A stretch of 64,000 nt of DNA from NCBI GenBank assembly GCA_963796275.1, contig CAWCKY010000004.1, positions 736,001 through 800,000 of the forward strand, given 5' to 3'. Below the pieces are notes generated by a model. That model had not been told where the DNA came from and ran no database searches. It saw only the letters and a list, made by a program, of their open reading frames with translations. Positions 41,200 through 51,934 of this stretch are shown piece by piece (the first letter of the stretch is position 1; every line of letters starts with the position of its first letter). A program made the position numbers and the translations under genes. The stretch comes from an uncultured Acidobacteriota bacterium. Its GTDB lineage: Bacteria > Acidobacteriota > Blastocatellia > RBC074.

Positions 41200-43698
41200 T
41201 CATTCATGCCTGAGCGCGATCATCGGATCAACTCTCGTCGCCCGCCTTGCCGGGATCCAACAAGCCAACAATGCCACGAGCGCCAGCAGCGCGCCCACTC
41301 CCACAAATGTCAGCGGATCGCTCGAGCTGATGCCGTATAACAAGCTAGACAGGATGCGCGTCAAAGCCAGAGATCCCGCCAACCCGGCCACCATCCCCGC
41401 GATCACCAGGATAAGTCCCTGCCGGATCACCAACTTCAAAACATCTCGGCCCTGGGCTCCCAGCGCTATGCGGATGCCGATCTCTCGGGTGCGGCGGCTG
41501 ACCGCGTATGTCATCACGCTGTACAGCCCCATTGTCGCCAGAACCAGCACTAGCACGCCGAACGCCGTCCCCAGCCATGCGGCCAGCCGCGCCTCCCAAT
41601 ATGCATTTGCCAGATTCTGTTCGCCGATCTGCACTCCGAAGACCGGAACGCGCGGATCGAGCTGCGTGATCTCACGCCGCACGCCCGCGACCACTGATTT
41701 CGGTTCAGTACCGTCAGCAGCGTTGACGAGCAGCATCATCCGAAACTGATAACCTTCCTGGTCCTTGGGCAGGAAGAAGTAAGGGCGCGGACTCTCGTAG
41801 ATATTCTGGTAGCGCCCGTCTTTAGCGACGCCGACGATTTCGATCAGCGGAGGATTAGGCCCATGGTGGAAGCGTTTACCGAGCGCGTTCTGTTCATTGC
41901 CGTAAAGCCTGCGTGCGAATTCCTGATTGACTATCGCGACTCTGGGCGCACCGCCGTCATCTCGTTCGGTGAAATCGCGTCCCACCACGAGCTGCGTCCG
42001 CATCGTCTCGAAATATTTGGGAGCGATGACATTTGCCCAAGACGGCATCCCCTCATTCGACGGCAGATCACCTTCCCTGAAAATGGGGCCCCGCCATTGT
42101 TGGCCGTTGATGCCGAGAGGGATGTTGGAGACCAGCGAGGCTGAACGAACTCCGGGCTGGGACTCGACGCGACGCAACAGTTCATTGAAAAAACGCTTGC
42201 CTTCCGCCGCGCTGTAACCGAGCAGCCCAGGCCTGATATGCATACTGATCAGATTCTCGGCGCTGAAGCCGGGATCGACATTTTGTAATCGGATGAGGCT
42301 TCTGAGGAAGAGTCCGGCGCAAACCATTACGGTGATCGATATGGCGACCTGCGATATGACCAGCAGGTTGCGCAGATTCCAGCCGACCGCGTTGCTGTGC
42401 TGCAAATTACCCTGTCCTGAAGCAACTCCCTTCAACACGGAGACCAGATCGGTTCGCACTGCGATCAGAGCCGGCGCCAATCCGAAAATGACTCCGGTCA
42501 GCAGCGTGACGAGCAGCATCCATTTGAGAACGAACAGGTCCAGGCTGAAATTCAGATTGATCGGAGAAAAAAACGGTGGGAGCGAGGCTTGGATAAAATT
42601 GATTGCCCAGAGGGCGATCAAAAGCCCCAGCGTTCCACCCAGGCCAGCCAGCAACAAACTTTCAACGAGCAATTGCCGCACTATTCGCAGTCGCCCCGCG
42701 CCGATCGCCAGGCGAATGCCGATCTCCCGGCTGCGCGCCCCGGCTCGTGCCAGCAACAGATTGGCGATATTAGCGCAGGCAACCAGGAGAACGAGTCCGG
42801 CCACGGCCAGAGCGATCATTGAAGTGAACCGATAAGATCCGTAGTCGTCCCCCCATCGCCCCTGGGCATCAGTTACGACATTAACTTTCGTTTCCGCATT
42901 GGTATCAGGATAGATTCTTCCCAAATTTTCGGCGATGAGATTCAGATCTGCCTCAGCCTGTTTCATCGTCATACCGGGTTTGATCCGGCCGAGCAGGAAC
43001 AGGTTGCGGCACCCGCGTTTCGTCACACAATCCTCCGAGACGCCAAACCGCGTCTGCATCATCAGTGGAACCCAGAACGATATGCCGACGATAGAGTCCA
43101 CTCCCAGGAATCCCGGAGGAGCCACACCGATGATCGTGAAAGGGTGGCCGCTCAGATAAGTGGTTTTGCCGATGATAGTGGGATCAGAGTTGAAACGCCG
43201 CTGCCAGAGAGCATGCGCCAGCACGACGACGGGATGTGTGCCCTGGGTGCGGTCCTCTTCAGCCAGAAAAGTGCGGCCCATCGTGGCTTTGACTCCCAGC
43301 ACGTCGAAGTAATTGCCGCTGACGACCTCGCCCCAGACGGCCTCCGCCGGCCCGCCGCCGCTCACCTGCCGGCCAGCGCTGTCGCTGATCGCAGAGCTGT
43401 GCTGCTGTCTCGCCACCAATCCGGAAAGGACCCGGTTCTGTTCGCGTAAATCGATGTAATTGGGATACGAAAACACACCCCAAACTGCAGGATCTTTCCG
43501 GTTCCCGAAATACATCCGCACCACTTCTTCGGGAGCAGTTACGGGCAACGGTCGAAGGATATAGGCACTCACCGTGCTCAGAACTGCTGTGTTCGCGCCG
43601 ATGGCGAGCGCCAGTGTCAGCACAATTATCGATGTGCCCCCGGGGTTCTTGATCAATAATCGCGCGCCGTAGCGCAGGTCCTGCCATAGGGTGAGCAT
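41200..43698 (-). CDS. ADOP-family ABC permease
   Basis: [34 protein letters not shown]; 832 aa. Confidence 0.95.
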   Translation of the reverse strand: MLTLWQDLRYGARLLIKNPGGTSIIVLTLALAIGANTAVLSTVSAYILRPLPVTAPEEVVRMYFGNRKDPAVWGVFSYPNYIDLREQNRVLSGLVARQQHSSAISDSAGRQVSGGGPAEAVWGEVVSGNYFDVLGVKATMGRTFLAEEDRTQGTHPVVVLAHALWQRRFNSDPTIIGKTTYLSGHPFTIIGVAPPGFLGVDSIVGISFWVPLMMQTRFGVSEDCVTKRGCRNLFLLGRIKPGMTMKQAEADLNLIAENLGRIYPDTNAETKVNVVTDAQGRWGDDYGSYRFTSMIALAVAGLVLLVACANIANLLLARAGARSREIGIRLAIGAGRLRIVRQLLVESLLLAGLGGTLGLLIALWAINFIQASLPPFFSPINLNFSLDLFVLKWMLLVTLLTGVIFGLAPALIAVRTDLVSVLKGVASGQGNLQHSNAVGWNLRNLLVISQVAISITVMVCAGLFLRSLIRLQNVDPGFSAENLISMHIRPGLLGYSAAEGKRFFNELLRRVESQPGVRSASLVSNIPLGINGQQWRGPIFREGDLPSNEGMPSWANVIAPKYFETMRTQLVVGRDFTERDDGGAPRVAIVNQEFARRLYGNEQNALGKRFHHGPNPPLIEIVGVAKDGRYQNIYESPRPYFFLPKDQEGYQFRMMLLVNAADGTEPKSVVAGVRREITQLDPRVPVFGVQIGEQNLANAYWEARLAAWLGTAFGVLVLVLATMGLYSVMTYAVSRRTREIGIRIALGAQGRDVLKLVIRQGLILVIAGMVAGLAGSLALTRILSSLLYGISSSDPLTFVGVGALLALVALLACWIPARRATRVDPMIALRHE

Positions 43699-43715
43699 TG
43701 TTCCTCCTCAGAAGA

Positions 43716-43833
43716 TAGTTTTTAGTTTTTAGTTCAGTTTTCAGTTTTTAGTTGGGCTGTCTTGATCGGAAACTGAAAATGAACTGAAAACTAACTGCTA
43801 AAAACTAAAAACTGAAAACTGAACTAAAAACTA
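43716..43833. repeat. Heptamer-arm hairpin element, expanded copy
   Basis: TAGTTTT/CAGTTTT units mirrored around loop GGCTGTCTTGATCGG. Confidence 0.85.
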
Positions 43834-44661
43834 TTCTGGACGCGAAGCGTTTGCCCAGTGATGATCGACATCCGCGCCGCTCACGACCACGCCTTTAACA
43901 TCCCAACCGAGAGAGGCGCGAACTTCGGCCGCGCAATAACGCAGCGTCAACCCGCACCGCCGCCGATCCGAGTCGTTTGCCTCCGAGCCGTGCAGCAACA
44001 GATCGCTATGGAGCGATATCTCACCGGCGCGCAAAACGTTGTCTACCGGCGCGCCGATTGCGAGCGGGTCAACGGCGGTGTGGTCGAGCACGTTATCCTC
44101 GCTCTCCACGCTCGGCGTGTGCGGCAGCGGCCCGCGCAGGTGCGATCCGGGAATAAAGCGCATGCAGGCGTTCTCCGTATCGGCGTCATCGATCGCCAGC
44201 CAGACTGTCACGGTCTTCGAGGGCGTGAGCGGCCAGTAGATCGCGTCCTGATGCCATGACACGGCCTTGCCGTCGCGCGGCATCTTGCAAAAATAGTGCG
44301 AGCCCCAGCCGATGACGTTCTCACCCAGCAAGTCTTTGACATAGCCGACGATGCGCGGAAGCGTCAAAAGATCGTAAACAGCGCCGTATTTCAGATGAGC
44401 TGTGCTGATCGAATAACTGCTGCCTCCTTCAGCCAGGACGCCAGTAAGGATCGCGTCAAAATAGCGCCGGTGTTCGGCCATCTCGTCTTCTTTGAAGATG
44501 CGAAACCCGCTCAAGTAGCCGTCGCGGTTGAAGCCGGCTATCTCGGCAGAAGTGAGCCGCTGCGGGTTTGCGTTCTCGCAGGGGTGAAAGCGCAGATCGC
44601 GAGCGACTGTGCTCAGTTCTTCACTCTTCGGTGTGAGTCTGATAGTTGGTGATTTGCTCAT
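43831..44661 (-). CDS. Phytanoyl-CoA dioxygenase (PhyH) family Fe(II)/2-oxoglutarate enzyme
   Basis: WHQD, TVWLAIDD, IPGSH, LLHGS.AN.S..RR. Confidence 0.9.
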   Translation of the reverse strand: MSKSPTIRLTPKSEELSTVARDLRFHPCENANPQRLTSAEIAGFNRDGYLSGFRIFKEDEMAEHRRYFDAILTGVLAEGGSSYSISTAHLKYGAVYDLLTLPRIVGYVKDLLGENVIGWGSHYFCKMPRDGKAVSWHQDAIYWPLTPSKTVTVWLAIDDADTENACMRFIPGSHLRGPLPHTPSVESEDNVLDHTAVDPLAIGAPVDNVLRAGEISLHSDLLLHGSEANDSDRRRCGLTLRYCAAEVRASLGWDVKGVVVSGADVDHHWANASRPE

Positions 44662-44723
44662 TTCGGATTTCTTACGGATTGCTCAGCCAGATTACGGCAT
44701 TGAGTAATAAACGCAACCTCCCA

Positions 44724-44886
44724 AATCCCACCGACGGAAGTCGGTGGATCGTTAAGTCCCAACCTACATCCAACCGATCCTCTTCTCGCCAAATCCCACC
44801 GACGACAGTCGTGGATCGTTAAGGTACAGCCTTCACCGCCTCGCAGGCCGGGCTCTAAATATCCCACCGACGGCAGTGTATGGGAT
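44724..44886. repeat. REP-like cluster family B, three copies
   Basis: ATCCCACCGACGRMAGT at about 44725, 44793 and 44861. Confidence 0.8.
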
Positions 44887-45035
44887 ATAAGTTTGTTCCA
44901 AAAGTGATAGAAAGACCTGTTTCCGATGATTCAATGAACCCGCAAATTACGGCGATGAAAATGTTCTTCTTGCTCTACCAGGATCTAAGACCGTATTATT
45001 TTCTGCTCAATCAACAAGAACAAGAAGGGGAAGGA

Positions 45036-46064
45036 ATGACGAATAAAAAAATAAATAAAGTTATGAAACTGCGCCGCCTCGGTCGCAGCGGCCCCGAGGT
45101 GCCGGCGATCGGCCTGGGTTGCATGGGAATGTCCGATTTTTACGGTCCGGCGGACGAGATGGAGAGCATCGCGACGATCCACGCCTCGCTGGATGCAGGA
45201 ATCACGCTGCTCGACACGGGCGATTTCTACGGCATGGGGCACAACGAATTGCTGATCCGCGAGGCGCTGAAAGGCCGGACCCGCGAGCAGGTCATCCTCA
45301 GCGTCAAATTCGGCGCACAGCGCGCACCTGACCGTTCGTTCATAGGCCTGGATAATCGCCCAGCTTCCGTCAAAAACTACCTGGCCTACACGCTGCAGCG
45401 CTTGGGTACGGACTATGTCGACATCTATCGACCCGCGCGTGTCGATCCAAACGTACCTATTGAAGATACAGTTGGAGCCGTCGCCGATATGATCAAGGCA
45501 GGATACGTCAGATATCTCGGTCTTTCCGAAGCCGGCGCGGATACGATCAGGCGCGCTCACGCGACGCATCCGGTGGTCGATCTGCAGATCGAATACTCGC
45601 TGATCAGCCGCGACGTGGAGGGTCAGATCATCCCCACCTTGCGCGAGCTCGGGATCGGGTTGACCGCTTACGGCGTATTGTCGCGAGGCCTGTTGAGCGA
45701 AGGAGCTGCGCAGGGCGGCTCGGCCAGCGGTTTTCGCGCACACCTGCCACGATTCCAGGGAGAGAACCTGGCGCGTAACTTAAAATTGGTGGAAGCCCTG
45801 CGCATCATCGCCGCGCAAAAGAATGCAACTGTGCCGCAACTCGCCATCGCATGGGCGCTCTCTCGCGGCGAGGATATCGTTCCGCTGATAGGCGCGCGGC
45901 GCCGCGAGCGACTGGCTGAAGCGCTGGGCGCGTTAAGCATCGAACTTACGCCGGACGATCTCGGTCGAATCGAAGCCGCCGTGCCGCCGGGCGCGGTGGC
46001 CGGCGACCGTTATTCGGCCGAACAGATGGCGATGCTCGACAGTGAGCGCAGAGCCGCAAACTGA
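45036..46064 (+). CDS. Aldo/keto reductase
   Basis: IGLGCMGMS, LDTGDFYG, RYLGLSE, QIEYSL; start at 45036 or 45063. Confidence 0.9.
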   Translation: MTNKKINKVMKLRRLGRSGPEVPAIGLGCMGMSDFYGPADEMESIATIHASLDAGITLLDTGDFYGMGHNELLIREALKGRTREQVILSVKFGAQRAPDRSFIGLDNRPASVKNYLAYTLQRLGTDYVDIYRPARVDPNVPIEDTVGAVADMIKAGYVRYLGLSEAGADTIRRAHATHPVVDLQIEYSLISRDVEGQIIPTLRELGIGLTAYGVLSRGLLSEGAAQGGSASGFRAHLPRFQGENLARNLKLVEALRIIAAQKNATVPQLAIAWALSRGEDIVPLIGARRRERLAEALGALSIELTPDDLGRIEAAVPPGAVAGDRYSAEQMAMLDSERRAAN

Positions 46065-46092
46065 TCCCAAAGTTCGTCACAGTTCAATTTTC

Positions 46093-46605
46093 TTGCGTTA
46101 TGGTGTTCGAATATTGCTCAAGATAGTCCGGAAGTTACAGTTATCGCGATACTGATCCTGGCCTTGGGATCAACTCAAATTCGATAATACTAATCAGCGA
46201 ATCGATTTGGCATCAGCGATTGGTGGAATATGTGTTAACCGTTTTAGGTTTGGCTGCCGTCATTCATCGCGGTCATGGGGGCTATGGTATTATCAGTTAT
46301 CTGGTCGATAGCCAGAAGCATAAGATTGGGGTGCAAGTCGCCCTGGCCACTACGCGCGGCAACATCACCAGAACGGTTATGATCGAAGGTCTTTGTCCAA
46401 CCCTGGCAGGTATCGGTTGGGAATAGCTGGAGCTCTCGCTCTGACCAGCGTCCGCTCCGGCCTTCATTACAGTATCGATAAGATGAACCCTGATCCGATT
46501 GTAGTCAGCACAGCATTGCTTGCCGGAATCTCGCTGCTGGCTTGTTTCACGCCAGCGCGACCAGAGGACACAGAAGCCACGATAGCGTCATTACGACATG
46601 ACTAA
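46093..46605 (+). pseudogene. Decayed, internally deleted ADOP permease relic
   Basis: LRYGVRILLK...VIAILILALG N-terminal trace, then GYGIISYLV...KIGVQVAL and LLACFTPAR...SLRHD in broken frames. Confidence 0.7.
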
Positions 46606-46678
46606 GCGTGTATCGTTTCTTTAATTCACATCCGGCTCAAACTGATCTATATAATTCCTGAAATGGAGCGATAGATAG

Positions 46679-48325
46679 ATGGATAAAAACAGAATGAAAC
46701 ATCGAGTCATTATATTATCGGCCATTCTCATTTGTGCGTTTCTTCCGTTGCATACTGTGGTCAGTGCCCAGGAAGAGGCGGCGAGGAAAAAGATAATCGA
46801 TCAATATCAGAAGGCGATCGATATTATCCGTGAAAAATACGTTGACCAACTTGATGACGAGGCATTAACCACCTCATCGGTTCAGGGCATGCTCAAATCA
46901 CTCGATCCTCATTCTGATTACTTAGACAGCAAGAGCTTCAAGCGGTTCATGGAAACCCAGAATAGCGGGTATTACGGCATCGGCTCCTCCGTTAGGACGA
47001 TCAATCAGGCGACTTATGTTACTGAGCCCTTCAAAGGCAGTCCCGCATCCGGGGCCGGATTTCGCTATGGAGATCAGATCGTCGCCGTTGACGGCAAAGA
47101 CACCTCGACGTTGAGATCGGATCGCGTTCGTGATTTGTTGCGTGGGCCGCGCGGCACACAGGTGACGGTAACCGTGAAACGGCTCGGAGTTGCTGAACCT
47201 CTGACCGCGAAAATCACGCGCGATGATATTTGGCAGCCCTCAATCCCAAGTTTTTACCTGATCAAACCAAACATCGGCTACATCGGCCTGACGCGCGGCT
47301 TTCAATCCACAACGAACGAAGAGCTGGAGAAAGCGATGGCGATTCTTAGTAAGAAAGGAGCGGATCGTTTTATCCTCGACCTGCGCCAGAACAGAGGCGG
47401 TTACCTGGATCAGGCAATCCGCGTCTGCGATCAGTTCTTGCAACGAGGTCAGACTATCGTCTCAATCCGTGGACGCAACAGAAGCGAAAAGAATCAAACC
47501 GCCATCGCGGAGAATGGGACGACGGAAAATTTCCCGCTCGTCGTGATGATAGATCGATCTTCGGCATCTGCTTCGGAGATCGTCGCCGGAGCAATTCAAG
47601 ATCACGACCGTGGGCTGATTGTGGGCGAATCAAGCTTCGGTAAAGGACTCGTGCAAACTATCCACCGGCTGGCCAGCGGTGGCGGTCTTATACTGACGAG
47701 CGCCCATTACTATACCCCGAGCGGCCGTCTCATTCAGCGCGATTACTCGAAGGGCTCACTCTTCGATTATTACTATCGGCGCAATGCCGATGATAGTGAG
47801 CAAAATGCGCCAAATCGATCCGCTGACATGAAAAAGACCGATCTCGGCCGCACCGTCTACGGCGGCGGCGGTATTGAACCTGACATCAAAGTCGATAACG
47901 CGCCTCCGATTACACCGACGCAAGGCCGTTTGTACCAAGCTCTGTGCCTATTCGTACGCGAATTAGTCTCGGGTCAACTGGCAGGTTATCAGCAGTTCAA
48001 GATCAACGGCATCACCTACGACTATGAGATGAATGGAAACGAGTACATAGTCAACGATGATTTGCTGAAACGCTATCGCGATTACGCAGTCGATTTTTAC
48101 AAGAAGAATCCCGACTACTACATCACAACGGCAATGGTCGACCAAAATTTGGACTGGCAGCGTGACCGTATTCGGGAGGAGGTTTTATTGGCCGCTTACG
48201 GCAGCGATCGAGCGGAACAAGGGATGGCGTACCTGGATATTCAATTACAACGCGCGATATCTGAGATGCCGAGGGCCGCGGATATAGCAGTCCGATTCCG
48301 ACGTCGCGACACCAGACAAAGATAG
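46679..48325 (+). CDS. S41 carboxyl-terminal processing protease with PDZ domain
   Basis: Signal peptide; [41 protein letters not shown]. Confidence 0.9.
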   Translation: MDKNRMKHRVIILSAILICAFLPLHTVVSAQEEAARKKIIDQYQKAIDIIREKYVDQLDDEALTTSSVQGMLKSLDPHSDYLDSKSFKRFMETQNSGYYGIGSSVRTINQATYVTEPFKGSPASGAGFRYGDQIVAVDGKDTSTLRSDRVRDLLRGPRGTQVTVTVKRLGVAEPLTAKITRDDIWQPSIPSFYLIKPNIGYIGLTRGFQSTTNEELEKAMAILSKKGADRFILDLRQNRGGYLDQAIRVCDQFLQRGQTIVSIRGRNRSEKNQTAIAENGTTENFPLVVMIDRSSASASEIVAGAIQDHDRGLIVGESSFGKGLVQTIHRLASGGGLILTSAHYYTPSGRLIQRDYSKGSLFDYYYRRNADDSEQNAPNRSADMKKTDLGRTVYGGGGIEPDIKVDNAPPITPTQGRLYQALCLFVRELVSGQLAGYQQFKINGITYDYEMNGNEYIVNDDLLKRYRDYAVDFYKKNPDYYITTAMVDQNLDWQRDRIREEVLLAAYGSDRAEQGMAYLDIQLQRAISEMPRAADIAVRFRRRDTRQR

Positions 48326-48376
48326 GATATGAGGCTTCCTCCTGTTGCTAGACGACTACTGAAACAATGCCAAATG

Positions 48377-48409
48377 CTAGGACAGGGTGTTATAGGGACC
48401 CTGTTCTAG
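48377..48409. terminator. Hairpin between convergent genes
   Basis: CTAGGACAGGGT...ACCCTGTTCTAG. Confidence 0.45.
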
Positions 48410-48434
48410 TTATTTCGCATTTCAAATGATGTCT

Positions 48435-51400
48435 TCATCTGATCCTTTCCGCGTTTACGCGGGACCTCCTGACTACCATTTCGAGACCCGTCGCTTCCCC
48501 TTTGTCGTCCATAACGAACGTCAAATCCACATCTCTGAGTTTCAGGAAGAAGGACTTCTCCGATTGCGCGAAGAGTTCGGCTTTCGGGTCACCGGTGGAT
48601 TGAAAAAAAAACCTCTCGCCATCTCTGCTGATCGTGATCACCCGGCCCGGCTCGATCTCGTATTGCCCCAGGTATTTTTCGATAACCTTGGGATCGAGCT
48701 TGATCTCCTTGCGCGCCGCAGCGAGGCGCTCATCCAACCAGCGGCTGATGAAAGTGTGAGTTGCCCGCTCGGCCTCGTAACGATAATCTCCCGTCCGTTT
48801 GGCCATCTGTTCGATCTCGGCCTCGAATTGATCATTCGTCTGCGACCAGCGCGGATCGGGCATCGTACGGCCCAGCATATCTTCAAAAACAAAGATCCGC
48901 AGAAAACTGACGGCAAACGCCGATGAGATGGCACTGCCGCCGCCGAGCCCCGGGGCAGCCGCGCTCAGACCATCGCTGTTGGCCAGCAGCAGAAAGGTGA
49001 TCTTCTTCTCCGGGATCTTAAGATATAGAGCGGAAAACGAATCAGGCCAGTACCCATAATGCCAGATCAGTCTCAACCCTTTATATTGTTGACTGAACCA
49101 GCCCAACCCATAAGGCAGTGACTTACCGCTGGTCGACTCCGCGGGCGTCCAGGCGCGCTCCTGCGTTTCGGCCTTGATAAAAGCGTGACGATCGATAGCC
49201 GCATCGTACTTCGCCAAATCGAGCACGTTTGAAACCAGCCCGGCCGAAGCGCTGAGTCTCCTCGAAGGATAAGTCGTCTGGACCACTTCTTTACCGTACA
49301 GCCGATACGGCTTCGACAGTTTCGCGAGCCCGCCTTCGTATCGTCCGCCGTGTTCGGCATCGAGGAAGGCCCACCACTTGCCGCGATCGTCCAGGATGTC
49401 CTGCCCCGGCACCGTCGAAGACATCTCGACCTTGTCGAGGATGTTTCTGACCACCAGCTCACGCATGGATTTGCCCGAGACCTTCTCGATAACGTCCGTC
49501 AGATAAAAGAACCGGCCGCCGTCGTACCTATAATTTTCGCCCGGCGTATCGTGCGATGTGTGCGTGAAGACGTGCCTGACTTTGATCGAATCGTTCTTGA
49601 ACCTGGTCTGAAACTCGGGCGAGAACTTCGACATGGGTTCGTCGAGATCGAGTTTTCCCTGCTCGACGAGCTGCATTAGGACGGTCGACGCGAATGTCTT
49701 GGTGAGCGAAGCGATGCGGAAGTTCGTCTCCGGAGTAACTTGAGTCTGCTTCTCCAGATCGGCATGACCGAAGCCTTTCGCCCAGACCACCGTGTTCTCT
49801 CTGACGATCGCTGCCGAGAGGCCGGGAATCTGCAGCTTCACGCGCAACTCTTCGAGCTGTCTTTCGAAGCGCGCTGTCCGTTCCCCGTCTTTCTCTGCTT
49901 TTTGCGGTACCGCAGGAGGCCGCTTCCATTCCATGACCGCTCGTTGGTTCCGCAACTTTTCAGTGAGCGCCGCCCCATCGATCACCTGCACCGGCGACTT
50001 GTTTTCGATCGCCATTTTCGCCGCGACGCCCGCAGCCTGCCCGAGGATCATGTATACCGGTTCCATGCGAAGAGTCGAATAGGTCACGTGACTCGCCGAG
50101 AAACAGACGGGCACCAGCAGATTCCCAGCTTCGGTCTCTTTGGGCAACAGGATGCGGTACGGTATCTGATATGGCGTGACCGGCACTTCCATATTCCCCT
50201 CATTCTGCGCAACGCCATCGGGCGTGACATAGCGCTGAACATTGTGCGAATCGCTGTTGTACGAGCCCATCCCGATCGCGTCGGGTTTCATCAGTTCGCT
50301 CTGAATGTCTTTCTGAGTCATGACGAAATCGCCGACCATCCGGCGCGCTTCGCGAATGTAGAGCTGATAGGGCCAATTGTCGTTGTCTGCGAATTCATCT
50401 TTTACGGGACCATACTCCTTCAACTCATCCTGAGTCTGCGTCGGTACGCGCGGATCGGTCGCGAGGAAATATAGAAGGCCTTTCGTGTAATTGACGTGAT
50501 CCTGCCAGATTTCAGCTCGGCGCTTGTAACTCGCGTTCGGATAATCCCAGCTCTTTCCGATGTAATCGGTCGAGAAAGGGCCGTTATTATTGACGTCGAA
50601 TTTGTCCCTGGCGATTGCCCGCGGCGCCAGTATCTCGCCAACGCGCGGCGGCCTGCCTTTTACTTTTTGAAATTCGGCCAGGAAACGCGCCAGCAGTTCA
50701 AATCGCTTAGGATCGTAGTTGGACGGTTTCGCGAACGGCAGGCGGTTGTTCGCGCCCTTTGTGAAGATCATGCGAAAGTTGTATGCCTGAACCCTGCGAT
50801 CGCCCGCGCCGATCTCGCCCGGCGGCTCTTTCTGTACCTCGGACAGGAGCTTTTTCTTATCGTCATAAGCCGAGACGGGAAAATCGAATTGATGATTCTT
50901 ATCCTTCGGCCGAACGCCCGCTAGCGATTCGTTGTACTGGCTCGTTGATTCGCGCCCCCACGTGTAGGAGATGCCGGCTTGCGCCATCATATCGCCTTCA
51001 TAGGTCGAATCGACGAAAATCTCGCCGCGAAACCGCGCATCATTTTCCATCTGAAGTTCGGTTATCAGCATTCCCTGCTTCTTCACGCCGCCCTTCTCCT
51101 TCAAACGATGCCGCAGGAAAACCGAGATGGTCTTCGCCTCGGTTATCATTTCATTCAGGACTTTTTCGGCGATGTGAGGTTCGGGATACCACTCTATCTC
51201 TTTGCCGTAATGCTTGCCGAGCCGCTCGTAAAACTCGCGCGCATATCCCCCGATGGTCTCTTTCTTGCCGTGATCGGTCATGCTCAGACCGCCGGTCACC
51301 ATTCCGCCGAGATGCGCGGTCGGCTCGAGCAGAGCGACCTTCAGCCCTTCTCGCGCGGCCGAGACGGCGGTGATTACTCCGCCCGCGGTGCCTCCGTAAA

Positions 51401-51482
51401 TGACCACGTCAAATTTGGCGGATCGCTCTTGTGATGTAACGGTAAGAATGAATAGGAGTAGAGGAAATATTGACCAACGCAT
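48435..51482 (-). CDS. Exported FAD-dependent oxidoreductase fused to a beta-lactamase-fold serine hydrolase and DUF3471-like domain
   Basis: Signal peptide; DVVIYGGTAGG, DSTYEGD, YIREARRM, RMEP; then IPGLS, FRIASLTK, HYG; C-terminal YLGQYE module. Confidence 0.85.
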   Translation of the reverse strand: MRWSIFPLLLFILTVTSQERSAKFDVVIYGGTAGGVITAVSAAREGLKVALLEPTAHLGGMVTGGLSMTDHGKKETIGGYAREFYERLGKHYGKEIEWYPEPHIAEKVLNEMITEAKTISVFLRHRLKEKGGVKKQGMLITELQMENDARFRGEIFVDSTYEGDMMAQAGISYTWGRESTSQYNESLAGVRPKDKNHQFDFPVSAYDDKKKLLSEVQKEPPGEIGAGDRRVQAYNFRMIFTKGANNRLPFAKPSNYDPKRFELLARFLAEFQKVKGRPPRVGEILAPRAIARDKFDVNNNGPFSTDYIGKSWDYPNASYKRRAEIWQDHVNYTKGLLYFLATDPRVPTQTQDELKEYGPVKDEFADNDNWPYQLYIREARRMVGDFVMTQKDIQSELMKPDAIGMGSYNSDSHNVQRYVTPDGVAQNEGNMEVPVTPYQIPYRILLPKETEAGNLLVPVCFSASHVTYSTLRMEPVYMILGQAAGVAAKMAIENKSPVQVIDGAALTEKLRNQRAVMEWKRPPAVPQKAEKDGERTARFERQLEELRVKLQIPGLSAAIVRENTVVWAKGFGHADLEKQTQVTPETNFRIASLTKTFASTVLMQLVEQGKLDLDEPMSKFSPEFQTRFKNDSIKVRHVFTHTSHDTPGENYRYDGGRFFYLTDVIEKVSGKSMRELVVRNILDKVEMSSTVPGQDILDDRGKWWAFLDAEHGGRYEGGLAKLSKPYRLYGKEVVQTTYPSRRLSASAGLVSNVLDLAKYDAAIDRHAFIKAETQERAWTPAESTSGKSLPYGLGWFSQQYKGLRLIWHYGYWPDSFSALYLKIPEKKITFLLLANSDGLSAAAPGLGGGSAISSAFAVSFLRIFVFEDMLGRTMPDPRWSQTNDQFEAEIEQMAKRTGDYRYEAERATHTFISRWLDERLAAARKEIKLDPKVIEKYLGQYEIEPGRVITISRDGERFFFQSTGDPKAELFAQSEKSFFLKLRDVDLTFVMDDKGEATGLEMVVRRSRVNAERIR

Positions 51483-51934
51483 ACGCGCTCCATGGATCAA
51501 GTGAGGTTGATGGGGGCTGATAGAGAATACCGAAGAGAATATACGAAACAAACAAAAATAACGAAAACGATCGAAATTCTTCAACTTTTCCGATCCTAGC
51601 CGGATTTTGCCGGTACTTCTTTGTGAAGCGCTGAAGTCGGGCCCGGTAATAGCCAGAGGTTTCACCTCGCTACTCCACGGCTATTATCTCGTTGGGACTC
51701 TCACTTCAGTACGGCGCCTCATATTTTTAGGTCATCCAAATAATCCGGCGGGATGATCAACATTTCGTTCGTTTCGTAATCTATTTTCTTCTCGCTTCGG
51801 CCATTCAAACGGAAAGTAGCTAGAAAGTATACCGCAGCGCGAGTTGAATCAGACGGGCGAATTGCCCTGCGTCCTGACAATGCCGAAGTTAGCCGGATCA
51901 TTCACTTCTTATGTGACGCACCACGATCTGACCA

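Noticed and set aside
44724-44886. Possible mini-CRISPR of three repeats
   Set aside because: Copies are degenerate, the intervening sequences are partly similar, and a dispersed copy at 23697 indicates a REP family
46208-46223. Fifth sigma54-like motif TGGCATCAGCGATTGG
   Set aside because: Spacing is one base too long, no enhancer, and it lies inside a pseudogene
51483-51665. N-terminal extension of the 1076-aa ORF (likewise extensions of the ORFs at 44880, 57935 and 60631..61170)
   Set aside because: Better RBS and family-typical starts lie downstream; the extensions run through repeats or promoter DNA
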